A DNA stretch of 62,485 nucleotides, filler included. It is 7 parts of 7 records of this genome, joined end to end, with 100 filler letters (N's around TTAATTAATTAA, not from the genome) between each part and the next. Parts side by side here need not be neighbours in the genome. Positions count along the whole stretch, not along the records: positions 38,863 to 42,153 come from SRR20825010_6455; positions 42,254 to 45,658 come from SRR20825010_6458; positions 45,759 to 57,360 come from SRR20825010_6459; 4 more parts are not named here. One strand, 5' to 3'. Numbering within the stretch: position 1 is the first letter of the stretch; the number at the start of each line of letters is the position of its first letter. Of the stretch, positions 39,956 to 50,414 are shown one piece after another. Position numbers and translations under genes: made by a program. The notes beneath the pieces are model-generated. The model was not told the origin of the DNA, made no database searches, and saw only the letters and a program-made list of their open reading frames with translations.

Positions 39956-41230
39956 ATGGTTTCGCTGTACGGATTTCTCGACAAGGCCATCAAGACCGGC
40001 CGGCTGACAATGACAGACGCCGGCGGCGCGGTGCACGTGTTCGGCGGCAGGGAGCCCGGTCCCGAAGCCGCCATCCGCTTCACCAGCAAGGCAGCCGAGT
40101 GGAAGATCCTTCTCAATCCGGAGCTCCATGCCGCGGAAGCCTACATGGATGGCCAACTGGTCATGGACAGCGGCAGCATCCATGACCTGGTCAATGTGTT
40201 TTACGCCAACAAACGGCAATTCGATCGCAGCGCGGGCCAGATCTTCTGGAGCGGGCTGTCGCGCAGGGCCCGGCGATTCCAGCAAAACAACGTGTTGTCG
40301 CGCGCCCGCGCCAATGTGAAGGCCCATTATGACATCGGCGAGGATCTCTACCGGCTGTTTCTCGACCGGGACATGCAGTATTCCTGCGCCTATTTCCCCG
40401 AAGGCACGGAAACCATCGAGACCGCGCAGACGCTGAAGAAACGTCATCTCGCCGCCAAGCTGTGCCTGAAGGATGGCCAGCGGCTGCTCGATATCGGCTG
40501 CGGCTGGGGCGGTCTGGGGCTCTATCTCGCCCATGTCGCCGACATCGAGGTGGTCGGCGTCACCCTTTCGGAGCGGCAACTGGCCGTCGCCCGTCGGCGG
40601 GCGGAGATCCTCGGGGTCAGCGACCGGGTGCGCTTCGAGCTGATCGATTACCGGGAGGTGAGCGAGACCTTCGACCGGGTGGTCTCGGTCGGCATGCTCG
40701 AACATGTCGGCGCGCCCCATCTGCCGTCCTATTTCCTCAATGTGCGCGACCGGCTCGGACCCGACGGGCTGGCGCTGATCCACTCGATCTCCAGCAAGTC
40801 GCCGCCGGGTGTGACCGGGCCGTTCATCCGCAAGTACATCTTCCCCGGCGGCTATGCGCCGTCACTGTCCGAGACGGTCGCGGCCATCGAGCCGACCGGG
40901 TTGTGGCTGCTCGATTGCGAAATCTGGCGCTGCCATTACGGCTACACGCTGGCGCAGTGGCGCGAGCGGTTCCTGGCCAACCGGGACAAGGCCGTCGAGA
41001 TCATGGACGAGCGCTTCTGCAGGATGTGGGAGCTATATCTGTCGATCGCCGAATGCGTGTTCCTGCAGGGCTCGAGCAACGTGTTCCAGCTGCAGCTTGG
41101 CCGCGAACGCGACGTGGCGCCGATCACCCGCAGCTACATCGAAGCCGAAGAGGCGCGGATTGCCGAGCGCGAGACCGAGTTCCTCGAGCGCGTGGTGGCC
41201 AGCGCGCACCAGGCGTTGGAAGAACACTGA
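39956..41230 (+). CDS. cfa: cyclopropane-fatty-acyl-phospholipid synthase family methyltransferase
   Basis: HYDIG, QYSCAYF, LDIGCGWGG, SVGMLEHVG, KYIFPGG. Confidence 0.93.
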   Translation: MVSLYGFLDKAIKTGRLTMTDAGGAVHVFGGREPGPEAAIRFTSKAAEWKILLNPELHAAEAYMDGQLVMDSGSIHDLVNVFYANKRQFDRSAGQIFWSGLSRRARRFQQNNVLSRARANVKAHYDIGEDLYRLFLDRDMQYSCAYFPEGTETIETAQTLKKRHLAAKLCLKDGQRLLDIGCGWGGLGLYLAHVADIEVVGVTLSERQLAVARRRAEILGVSDRVRFELIDYREVSETFDRVVSVGMLEHVGAPHLPSYFLNVRDRLGPDGLALIHSISSKSPPGVTGPFIRKYIFPGGYAPSLSETVAAIEPTGLWLLDCEIWRCHYGYTLAQWRERFLANRDKAVEIMDERFCRMWELYLSIAECVFLQGSSNVFQLQLGRERDVAPITRSYIEAEEARIAERETEFLERVVASAHQALEEH

Positions 41231-41264
41231 AAGCAGGCGCTGCCGCTGTGCCCGATAGGCAGGA

Positions 41265-42153
41265 TCAAGAGACGGTGAACTGCCCCATCATCCCGGCATC
41301 CTCATGTTCCAGAATGTGGCAGTGAAACATGAACGGCTTGGAGCTGCCGGCAGGCTGATCGAAGCGCACGACGATCTCGGTCTCACCGGCTACCAGTACT
41401 GTGTCTTTCCAGCCCAAATTCTCAGGCCGAGGTGGCGCACCGTTCTCGCTTGCGACCCTGAAAAACGCTCCATGGACATGAAACGGGTGAGCAATCATCG
41501 CGCTGCGGACAATCCACCGCTCGACCGTCCCGAGCGCCACTTCCAGATCAATACGGTCCATGGCAAAGGGACGCTGGTTGATGGCGAAGCCACCGCCCAT
41601 CATCATGCCGCCCATCCCCATGTCGAGCGAAATCCGCCGCGTGCGAATCTCGGTACCTGCAAGGTCCTCGAGTTCCGGACCTAATTCCTCCGGGAGGCTG
41701 GTGATCCGTACAGGGATTGTATCGTCGACGCCGAATTCCAGAACTCCGAATGGCTGCTCGATGCCGCTCATCAACACCGGAGCTCCGCCGCCTGAGAAAT
41801 CGACAAGAATTTCGGCCCGTTCGCCGGGAGCGAGGCCGAGGACCGACAAGTCGACAGGCGCCGGCAAGAACCCGCCGTCGGTCGCAATCAGGTGCATCAT
41901 CCTTCCATCGTCGAAGGACAACGTGTAACTGCGGGCGTTGGAGCCGTTGAGCAGGCGCAGGCGGACAAATCCCGCAGGTACCGCGGCAACAGCACCCGCC
42001 TGGCCGTTGACCAGCATCCGGTTGCCCATGAAGCCATGCATCACATCCATCATCGATGGGTCGTAGACCATGCGTCCGAAGCGGTCGAACCGGCGGTCCT
42101 GAAGAACCAGGGTCAGATCATCAATCCCGTAGTCGACCGGCAGCCCACGGTCC
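41265..42153 (-). CDS. multicopper oxidase (CueO-like), 5'-truncated
   Basis: RLRLLNGSNAR, HPFHVHG, HCHILEHEDAGMM, Met-rich segment. Confidence 0.93.
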
Positions 42154-42253
42154 NNNNNNNNNNNNNNNNNNNNNNNNNNNNNNNNNNNNNNNNNNNNTTA
42201 ATTAATTAANNNNNNNNNNNNNNNNNNNNNNNNNNNNNNNNNNNNNNNNNNNN
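42154..42253. other. artificial contig spacer
   Basis: N-TTAATTAATTAA-N. Confidence 0.99.
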
Positions 42254-42265
42254 CAGGAGACCTGC

Positions 42266-45200
42266 TTGCACCTGCAACGCCATCATATTTTGCGGTTCTT
42301 GGTGATTTTCGGCGCTTACTTCGTCACCGGGTATGCAGGGCTACAACTGCAATATCATGGCACCAGCCAATCCATGGTCTGGCTACCGCCGGGCATCGCC
42401 CTTGGCACAATGATCCTTTGGGGATGGCGTTACTTCCCGGCCGTATTTCTTGGGTCTATTTTAACCACCATCTTCTCAGGCATTCCGGTTTTACCTGCAC
42501 TGCTGATTGGCGTCACATCAACGATTTCGGTCACAATTTCTGCCGCGATCATTGGGCGTTTCTTTAAAGATAACCTTCTGAGCAGCCTCCGCGGCCTGAT
42601 TGCTTTTTTCCTGATTGGCGTATTTGCGGTCCCTGTGACTGCGGCATTCTTGGGATCAGGCCTTGTCTTTCTGAATGGCATGCCCGAAGCAGCCAATTTC
42701 AACGAATTATGGCTAAGCTGGACGCTTTCAAGCATGGTCGGGGTGTTAATTGCCGCCCCCCTGATCCTGCGTGTTGTCAATTACCCATGGCAATCCCGAA
42801 GCACTGCAAATTATCTGGAATTGATATTCATCGCCATTGCGGCTGTAACCGTCAGCTCAACGGTTCATACAACCCCCATAACATCACGCCCGGAATATCT
42901 GTTCATCTTTGTCTCACTGCCTTTCGTGATCTGGTCTGCGATCCGGTTTGGCATGATGGGGACAACACTGGTCAACGGTTTAATCGCCATTACAATTGTC
43001 GGGTTCACCGCAGCCGGCCTTGGCGGGTTTGTTAACGTCAACGCCAAAGACGGCATCCGAGAAATCCACAGTTATATTCTGATCGTCTCGTTCATTTCCA
43101 TCCTCATGGCGGCTGGATTTGAAAAGATAGGGAACATCACCACCCGGGCACGTGACGGAAAAATATCGCGCGATATCCATCGACTACGGCGTGCGCTTGC
43201 CGGTTTCATTGCTGTGTTTGGGTTTGGTATTTCTGCGGTAGCGGCATGGTACACCTACAACCAGCTTAGTGAAGCATCCCGCGCACAGAATGAACAATAT
43301 CGCCGCGCCTTTGAAGCATCGCTTCGCGAAGAACTTGGTCGCGCCACAGACTCACTGGTTGCGGTTCGCACCCTGTTTGATGTCCATGGCAACGTATCGT
43401 TCAGCACATTTGATGCCATGATTGCACCGTGGGTAAGTCGGCGTCCAGGTGTCGCTGCGCTGGAATGGGCCCCCTTTGTGCCCAAACGTGCCCGTAGATT
43501 AATCGAAGAAAACGCCCATTTAAGCGGTGTTGAAAACTTTGCCATCCGTGATTTCCGAAATGGCGAAGCCGTTCCCTCCCCTGAACGCGATGGCTATTTT
43601 CCGATTTTCTATGTTTTCCCGCGCTCAGGAAATGAGAAGATTATCGGATTTGACCTATATGGCGATCCAATCCGAAAACAGACCGTCGAGATTGCCTTGC
43701 GTACCGGTAACATCACACTGACCGAACCGCTCAATCTGATGCAGGCGAACTCTGCGGTCACCACATCGTTGGCTCTTTTATCAATCAATAACCGTCGCGA
43801 TCCGTCCGGACCGCCATTGGGCATTGCAATTGGTGTCCTGAGACTGACGAACATGATCACCCGCGCAGCCCGGGTGGCGCGCCTACCGACCAATTATGAA
43901 ATCCATATTGCCGACCTTGATGCACGCAGTAACCAAAAGATGATTTATTCCAATCGTCCGCAGGGATACGCGCTTGATCACATCATCAAGGAAAAGGAAA
44001 TCCGTTATAATCCAAAAGTCTCTAATTTCACCTTTGGGTATCGGGACTGGACCATTGTCTTACATGAAGAAGAACGCTTATATAGCGGACTAACATACTG
44101 GCAACCTTGGGCAATCTTCATTTTCGGTGCGACCATCAGTATCCTTCTGATGGTTTATTTGCGGTCGTTAACGCGGACCGAACGCCAGATTGTCGACTTG
44201 ATCGCAGTCCGTACCCGCGAACTTGAAAACGCGCGTGAAGCGGCTGAAAGTGCGATGAACCAGGCCCAACAAGCCGACAAAGCAAAATCGGAATTCATCG
44301 CCCATATGAGTCACGAATTCCGATCACCCATGACATCAATTTTGGGCTACACACAGCTTGCCGAAGACAGCTTGCAAGCAGAGTTTTCTGCCGAGACCTT
44401 GAAAAATTATCTATCGACCATTCGCGGTGCCGGACGCCACGTTTTGTCACTCATCGGCGACATCCTTGATATTTCCAAGATCGAGGCCGGAAAACTCATC
44501 CTTGAAGAGGTACCGTTCGATCTGCGCCGGGTGTGCGAAGAAGTGACATCCATGATGATGGTTCCCGCCCGCAATCAGGAAAATACACTTCATCTTGAAA
44601 TTGATCCAGACATGCCCGGCTGGGTGATTGGGGATCCGGTTCGTCTCAAACAGGTTGTGACCAACCTTGTGTCCAATGCGGTCAAATTCACCAAATTTGG
44701 CAACATCTATGTGCAAACCTATGCCGTAAGGATCACCGACACCGAATTGAGCTTCCGCATTACGGTAAAGGACGAAGGTATCGGCATCCCGCACAACAAA
44801 CTGAAATCGATCTTCGAGGCCTTTGCACAGGTGGATACGTCAACCGCGCGGCGTTACGGGGGAACGGGCCTTGGTCTGGCCATCTGCCAAAGTATGGTGC
44901 AAACCATGGGCGGAACAATTGAAGTTGAAAGTACCGAAGGCAAAGGCAGCACATTCTGGTTTGACCTGACATTGCCCCGCAGCTCCGAACAAGCCGCGCG
45001 CGAACTTGAAGGTCAGGACAGCACAGACATCGACCCACAGGAAAAACCAAAGATTGTCGGTCGCAACCTGCTCTTGGTTGAAGACATTGCAATCAACCGT
45101 ATTCTTGCGCAAAAGCTTCTGGAACAAGAAGGTCACACCATCACCCCGGCAGGCGATGGTCAGGCAGCACTTGATATCCTTGCGCAGCAGGATTTCGATG

Positions 45201-45472
45201 CTGTTTTGATGGATATTCACATGCCCGTTCTCGACGGGCTCGAAGCGACCCGTCAAATCCGCACATCCGAAGACACGGTAAAGGCGAACATTCCTGTACT
45301 TGCCCTGACAGCCGATATTTCCAATGACAATCTTGCTGTCTTCCGGACAACAGGGTTTGACGCCTATTGCACCAAACCGCTTGATATAAAGGCGATCAAT
45401 TCCGAACTGGCCCGCCTTGCCGACCGCATGCTTGATCAACGCCGCCAAATCGCCCAAAAAGGCGATGATTAA
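42266..45472 (+). CDS. hybrid sensor histidine kinase/response regulator (MASE1 + CHASE + HisKA/HATPase + REC)
   Basis: WLPPGIALG membrane region, LEWAP...IGFDL CHASE domain, [36 protein letters not shown]. Confidence 0.95.
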   Translation: MHLQRHHILRFLVIFGAYFVTGYAGLQLQYHGTSQSMVWLPPGIALGTMILWGWRYFPAVFLGSILTTIFSGIPVLPALLIGVTSTISVTISAAIIGRFFKDNLLSSLRGLIAFFLIGVFAVPVTAAFLGSGLVFLNGMPEAANFNELWLSWTLSSMVGVLIAAPLILRVVNYPWQSRSTANYLELIFIAIAAVTVSSTVHTTPITSRPEYLFIFVSLPFVIWSAIRFGMMGTTLVNGLIAITIVGFTAAGLGGFVNVNAKDGIREIHSYILIVSFISILMAAGFEKIGNITTRARDGKISRDIHRLRRALAGFIAVFGFGISAVAAWYTYNQLSEASRAQNEQYRRAFEASLREELGRATDSLVAVRTLFDVHGNVSFSTFDAMIAPWVSRRPGVAALEWAPFVPKRARRLIEENAHLSGVENFAIRDFRNGEAVPSPERDGYFPIFYVFPRSGNEKIIGFDLYGDPIRKQTVEIALRTGNITLTEPLNLMQANSAVTTSLALLSINNRRDPSGPPLGIAIGVLRLTNMITRAARVARLPTNYEIHIADLDARSNQKMIYSNRPQGYALDHIIKEKEIRYNPKVSNFTFGYRDWTIVLHEEERLYSGLTYWQPWAIFIFGATISILLMVYLRSLTRTERQIVDLIAVRTRELENAREAAESAMNQAQQADKAKSEFIAHMSHEFRSPMTSILGYTQLAEDSLQAEFSAETLKNYLSTIRGAGRHVLSLIGDILDISKIEAGKLILEEVPFDLRRVCEEVTSMMMVPARNQENTLHLEIDPDMPGWVIGDPVRLKQVVTNLVSNAVKFTKFGNIYVQTYAVRITDTELSFRITVKDEGIGIPHNKLKSIFEAFAQVDTSTARRYGGTGLGLAICQSMVQTMGGTIEVESTEGKGSTFWFDLTLPRSSEQAARELEGQDSTDIDPQEKPKIVGRNLLLVEDIAINRILAQKLLEQEGHTITPAGDGQAALDILAQQDFDAVLMDIHMPVLDGLEATRQIRTSEDTVKANIPVLALTADISNDNLAVFRTTGFDAYCTKPLDIKAINSELARLADRMLDQRRQIAQKGDD

Positions 45473-45658
45473 CCATCGCCACTGGTGATGTTTTCTTTGA
45501 CCCGGCTTGGGCAAAAATCCTATTCTGTGCGCCAACTTCATACCGCCCCACCAACATGACCAAGGGCTTCCTTGGCATCTGCGCATATCATCAGGAGCAT
45601 AGAATGGGTCATCACGCCGCCACCGACAGCACCGACAGCACCGTCACCACCTGGACGT

Positions 45659-45758
45659 NNNNNNNNNNNNNNNNNNNNNNNNNNNNNNNNNNNNNNNNNN
45701 NNTTAATTAATTAANNNNNNNNNNNNNNNNNNNNNNNNNNNNNNNNNNNNNNNNNNNN
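45659..45758. other. artificial contig spacer
   Basis: N-TTAATTAATTAA-N. Confidence 0.99.
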
Positions 45759-46072
45759 GTTTTATTTAAGTGTGAAATAAAGTTGCCTACTTTTTTATTG
45801 TAGATCATTTCAAATTGGTTGATACTTTTCTCATCAATCCATTTGATTTTATCACCTCTTACTAGCGCATTTTGTTTATAATCTTGCTTGTTGCCTGTTC
45901 CCGAAACTTGCAGGTTACCAGACTGGTTTTCACGCTGAAGGTTGTCCCGAAGACCTGTAACAGTATTAAAATCTATGAAGTTATTACTACAACCATACTT
46001 ATTGTCGATTAGGCCTTGAATCATTTCTTCGAATTGATTTTTCTCGTCCTTATCCTCCTGATCCTTATCCAT
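45759..46072 (-). CDS. 2OG-Fe(II) oxygenase (SM-20-like), N-terminal fragment
   Basis: VRGDKIKWID motif. Confidence 0.7.
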
Positions 46073-46261
46073 TTTGGTAGTTAGAACCTAGCTGTATTAA
46101 TTTACAGTTCGGGTTTTACACAAGAAGATCATTCTTTACATCATTTTTTCATTTTCTTTTTTACGAGCAAGAAAATAAAAAAGGCAAAATGAGATTTACG
46201 ATTCGAGGGGATGAATTGTGCAGGAATAATAGCGAGGATTTATAATCCTACTAGTCTGAAA

Positions 46262-47050
46262 TCAGTTACTGTTTTTCTTAACAAAATCTGGAGTGATGGT
46301 CCTTTTGGCGGCTTCTACATCGATGAAGCTTTCCAGATCTTTCATGGAAATAACAGTGAAGTGATTCGTGTCAAGATATTGTAAGTATTCTTTAAAAAGT
46401 TCGGGAGGTGTATTCACCCAGGGGTGCTCTAGATCAGGAACACCGTGAATAGTTATGATGACAATCTTTCCATCTTTGGCTTGATCAAAGGCCTTCATGA
46501 TCTCAGCTTTATTAGTTTCATCCGTCGCCCAACTAGGGATCAGGAAGGGATGATCACTCAAAGGATCATAAGCTCTACTGCCACCTGCCCGTGCGAAGAC
46601 GTATTCTTTTTCCTGTAAATTTTTTAAAGACTGAGCGTTTAATCCGTAGCCAGGATAAGCAAAGTTGGTAGGTTTCGGGATTCCGAGTGAGTCACATTTT
46701 GCCTCAATGTAAGTGAGCTGACTATTGAATTCTCCCTGGGTTAGTTTGCTCACATTTGCATGGGTATGCGTATGATTTGAAACTTCAAACCCCATCTTGT
46801 CCAATGCCTTGATCTGTCGCCAATTCATATATAATGTACTGTCAGCATAATTTGGTTGAAACTCACAAACGAAGAAAGTCCCTCCAAACCCAAATTCTTT
46901 GAGCATAGGTGCCACAATAGAATAATGACTTGCCGGCGCATCATCGAAAGTCAAGACGACAAGTTTATCGGGGATTGGTTTTTTGAGGATTTGGGCCTGA
47001 CTGTTGGTAACAGATGAAAATATAAAAAGTAAGACAATGAGATTTTTCAT
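46262..47050 (-). CDS. polysaccharide deacetylase family (CE4-like) protein
   Basis: VLTFDD, NHTHTH, FAYPG, signal peptide. Confidence 0.9.
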   Translation of the reverse strand: MKNLIVLLFIFSSVTNSQAQILKKPIPDKLVVLTFDDAPASHYSIVAPMLKEFGFGGTFFVCEFQPNYADSTLYMNWRQIKALDKMGFEVSNHTHTHANVSKLTQGEFNSQLTYIEAKCDSLGIPKPTNFAYPGYGLNAQSLKNLQEKEYVFARAGGSRAYDPLSDHPFLIPSWATDETNKAEIMKAFDQAKDGKIVIITIHGVPDLEHPWVNTPPELFKEYLQYLDTNHFTVISMKDLESFIDVEAAKRTITPDFVKKNSN

Positions 47051-47078
47051 GAGGGGTAAATTATTTAAAGCAAACAGT

Positions 47079-47318
47079 TTACTCCGTAACCATATTTTTT
47101 CTTCTATTTCTATAAGTCAAAACTGAACCTATTATAATCAATATGATGGAAGGATAGAAAGTTAACATGGCAAGAATTCCTGGGCCAATTGCATTTCCAG
47201 CATCTATGACTCCTAGTTCATTGAGCCCCAGCAAAATTAATAAAGGGCTGATCCCTATGATTAAAGTAATGAGCCCAATTCTCAATGTTAGGTGAAGTTT
47301 ACTCCATTTTTTTCGCAT
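47079..47318 (-). CDS. small membrane protein
   Basis: 79 aa, two hydrophobic helices. Confidence 0.7.
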   Translation of the reverse strand: MRKKWSKLHLTLRIGLITLIIGISPLLILLGLNELGVIDAGNAIGPGILAMLTFYPSIILIIIGSVLTYRNRRKNMVTE

Positions 47319-47405
47319 GATGTCTGTTTTGGAAATGTTTGATTAAAGGTGTTATCTGGAAAAATAATTGCTTCAATTATTGGCCTTTATCCTAAAATCT
47401 AGTTT

Positions 47406-47441
47406 TTAGCCAACAACCAAGGTAATCAGATAAATCACACT
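47406..47441 (-). pseudogene. displaced 3'-end remnant of the gntP-family gene
   Basis: translates to SVIYLITLVVG*, identical to the C-terminus encoded at 48881-48916; 6 of 36 nt differ, all synonymous. Confidence 0.85.
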
Positions 47442-47514
47442 AGTAACTTATATCCACATAATAGGCATCTCTAAAATCGGGGTTTGATGGAAAGGGATTT
47501 CTAAGACTATGTAT

Positions 47515-48285
47515 TTATTTTTTCATTTTGTAAAACTTAAAACCAAGTACCAAGCCAAGTCCTAAAAGTATAAAAGGCCAAATATTTGTCAGTAATACGA
47601 AAAACAATATCAAATTATCCCAACCATTTCTAAATCCGTTCTTAAACTGCCTTCCAAATTCTGTTTGATTGGGAACAACTTCGTAAAAGGTCATTCTCAA
47701 GGTTGAAAACGAGACTTGATTCTTGAGATAATTGAGTCGGCCTTCGGTTGATTCTATATCAGCTCGTAATTCCCCTAATTCAACCTCAATCTCTAAAATC
47801 TCCGATACTGTTTTAGCTTGTTTCAGTAGGTCCAAAAATCGTGTTTCAAGTTCCTTCTTCGTCTTAAGTCTCGCTTCAATGTCAAGGAACTCTTCTGTAA
47901 CATCTTTAACGTTTATATTTTTGCTGTCAAATTTTTCTACGCCTTGAGTTGCGTCAGTTAGAAAAGCATCGAACTCATCAAATGGGACTCTAATAACTAC
48001 AGTGTTGCTTCGATGTTCTGGAGTTTTGAATTCCTGATCAGAAGAAATGTACCCTTTGTGTTTTTCTACAGCTTTAAAGATGGTTTGTCTTGTTGAGTTC
48101 AAATCCTGTGATTCAAATTCAACTTGCCCTTCCTTGATTAACTTTCGTTCCGATGTTTCCGTCTCTTCTTCCGTAGCAAATATTTCAGAGTCTGCCATTT
48201 CAAGAATGGCATTATCAGAATTATTGGCGCAGCCCAAAACAAGTAGGATAAAGATCAATCCTAGGTAGTTATTCAAATGTCTCAT
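47515..48285 (-). CDS. DUF4349-domain lipoprotein
   Basis: lipobox VLGC, RKLIKEG, DVTEEFLDIEARL, IES.EGRL.YL...VSFST, C-terminal TM. Confidence 0.88.
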   Translation of the reverse strand: MRHLNNYLGLIFILLVLGCANNSDNAILEMADSEIFATEEETETSERKLIKEGQVEFESQDLNSTRQTIFKAVEKHKGYISSDQEFKTPEHRSNTVVIRVPFDEFDAFLTDATQGVEKFDSKNINVKDVTEEFLDIEARLKTKKELETRFLDLLKQAKTVSEILEIEVELGELRADIESTEGRLNYLKNQVSFSTLRMTFYEVVPNQTEFGRQFKNGFRNGWDNLILFFVLLTNIWPFILLGLGLVLGFKFYKMKK

Positions 48286-48408
48286 ATAAGTTTCTTTATA
48301 GACAGGCCTTTGATAGAAGCCGTAATAAAACGAATGAATACATGCGTCTATATAGTTGACCCAGATTACTAACAAAATTTAACAGCAACCTTTGTTGCAC
48401 CTTTGACG

Positions 48409-48810
48409 CTATTCGTACTCCATAGCCAATCGAGTTAGTACCTCAAGTGCCTTTGCAGAATCTTTACTATCCACAAATATGTGGTCATGATAATATCCAG
48501 CTACGACATTACAGCTAATGTCATTTTTCGCCAATTCAGTTGAAAAAAGTGCAGTTAACCCTACGGCCTCAAGTGAGGAGTGAATCATCAAGGTAATCCA
48601 AGAAGAAACGTATTGATAGGATAGATTCAGCGCGTCTGCTTTTCGCCGTTCCATGATAATCGTTGTCCCTTCACTTTCTTTGAATTCGCAAATAGTATCC
48701 TTTCGGTCAATTTCATTTATGTTGTCTACTGTGGCAAAGATGTATTCCCCTTCATTCAGTTTTGGGGTCATTCCTTTTACTAGTTGCGCTAATCTTGTTT
48801 CTCCAGTCAT
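48409..48810 (-). CDS. ACT-domain protein (DUF2241-type)
   Basis: [42 protein letters not shown]. Confidence 0.9.
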   Translation of the reverse strand: MTGETRLAQLVKGMTPKLNEGEYIFATVDNINEIDRKDTICEFKESEGTTIIMERRKADALNLSYQYVSSWITLMIHSSLEAVGLTALFSTELAKNDISCNVVAGYYHDHIFVDSKDSAKALEVLTRLAMEYE

Positions 48811-48880
48811 TTATATCAGTATATATTCTGAATGAATTTATCTTTCGTTGTGGGATTTAATCTCTACTCTTTCCTAATTA

Positions 48881-50212
48881 TTACCCCACCACTAACGTAA
48901 TCAAATAAATCACACTTATAGCAGTCACTGACATAATCAGAGTACCTAGACTGTGAGTTTGATTTCCTTGCTTAATGGATAAGCCAGAAAGTTGAGTTAC
49001 CGCCCAGAAGAAGCTGTCATTGGCATGAGAGATGGCCATTGCGCCAGCACCTGTAGCCAAAACGGCAAAAACACGCATGGTTTCCGAGTCAAGCCCCAAT
49101 GAACCGAGTAACGGAGCGATAATCGATGCCGTAGTAATCATCGCTACAGTCGAAGAACCTTGAGCCGTTTTCAATGCAAAAGCGATCAGGAAAGGAAGAA
49201 AAATACCCCAGCTGGCACCACTCATGCTCGTGCTAACCAAATCGCCTATTCCGGAATTCTGAAGCATTTTCCCAAAAACACCACCTGCACCAGTAATCAG
49301 AATCACCGGCGCTGCGATCAAAATGGCTTCGCCAATCCATCCAGAGGAAGAAAGGAGTTTAGCATCGAATTTTTTTGGCAAGGTAAAAGCCATAAAAGAA
49401 CCTAAAAGTAAAGCGATGACTGGACTTCCTGCGAATTGGATAAAGGTGTAAAAAGTACCCTCTCCAAATGGTTTAGTAGGGTATTTTGCAATCGATGCGG
49501 CTATGATCAGAATCAATGGAACGATAATCGGGAGGAAAGAAGCAAAAGCAGAAGGCCTTTCTTTTTTGTCGATTTCCTCAGTTTTGACAGCCATTTTGGG
49601 CATCAGAGGAATTTTGTATACTACTTTTTTGACAAAAATATAGCTGGGAATCAACGTGATCAAACTCACAATAAGTCCATAGAAAATGATCATGCCAAGG
49701 TCAGCTTCATAGATTCCTGCTGTAGCGATTGGTCCTGGAGTAGGAGGGACAAGCGAATGAGAAGCCGTTGCTCCTAGCGCCAATGCAATCGTAGTGGCTG
49801 CATAGGGTACTTTTCCTTTCAGCGAAAGGGACTTGCTGATCGGGTTCATCATGATGAATGTACTATCACCAAATACCGGTATAGAGAGTATATAACCTGA
49901 AATCATCATGGCAAACGTCACAGATTTCTCCCCGATCCAGGATAAGATCTTCTCTGCGATGACGATGGCTCCTCCTGTTTTTTCCAAAAAAGTACCCATC
50001 ATCACACCGAGCAAAATAAGTAAGCCAATACTTCCTAATACCCCTCCAAAACCATCTGAAATAGATTTTAAGATCAATTCTCCCGGCATTCCGGCTAGTA
50101 ATCCATAGAGAATGGCACCACAGAAAAGAGCTAGAAATGGATGTATGTCGAATTTGACGATGGCAATAAGAATCAATGCCAAGGCAAAAAGGATGATCAG
50201 AAGTGTAAGCAT
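48881..50212 (-). CDS. GntP-family permease
   Basis: HPFLAL, IPVFGD, HSLVPPTPGP, KTAQGSSTVA, SHANDSFFW. Confidence 0.94.
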   Translation of the reverse strand: MLTLLIILFALALILIAIVKFDIHPFLALFCGAILYGLLAGMPGELILKSISDGFGGVLGSIGLLILLGVMMGTFLEKTGGAIVIAEKILSWIGEKSVTFAMMISGYILSIPVFGDSTFIMMNPISKSLSLKGKVPYAATTIALALGATASHSLVPPTPGPIATAGIYEADLGMIIFYGLIVSLITLIPSYIFVKKVVYKIPLMPKMAVKTEEIDKKERPSAFASFLPIIVPLILIIAASIAKYPTKPFGEGTFYTFIQFAGSPVIALLLGSFMAFTLPKKFDAKLLSSSGWIGEAILIAAPVILITGAGGVFGKMLQNSGIGDLVSTSMSGASWGIFLPFLIAFALKTAQGSSTVAMITTASIIAPLLGSLGLDSETMRVFAVLATGAGAMAISHANDSFFWAVTQLSGLSIKQGNQTHSLGTLIMSVTAISVIYLITLVVG

Positions 50213-50414
50213 TTTGGGTTAGGTTGGGTTTTTAAAAAAGAGTTCTAAACAGGTAGCGTTTAGATCCTTCAACCTAAAAATTAGGGAAAAAAAGGGAATA
50301 TTAAAGCCTGAAGCTATAATAGGTTTTGAATTGTTTGTTGAGTGGCTGCACTAGGGTTGAATATTTGGTATTTTAGCCATTTCAAAATTCTTTATACTAA
50401 ATAACCTCTTTTGC

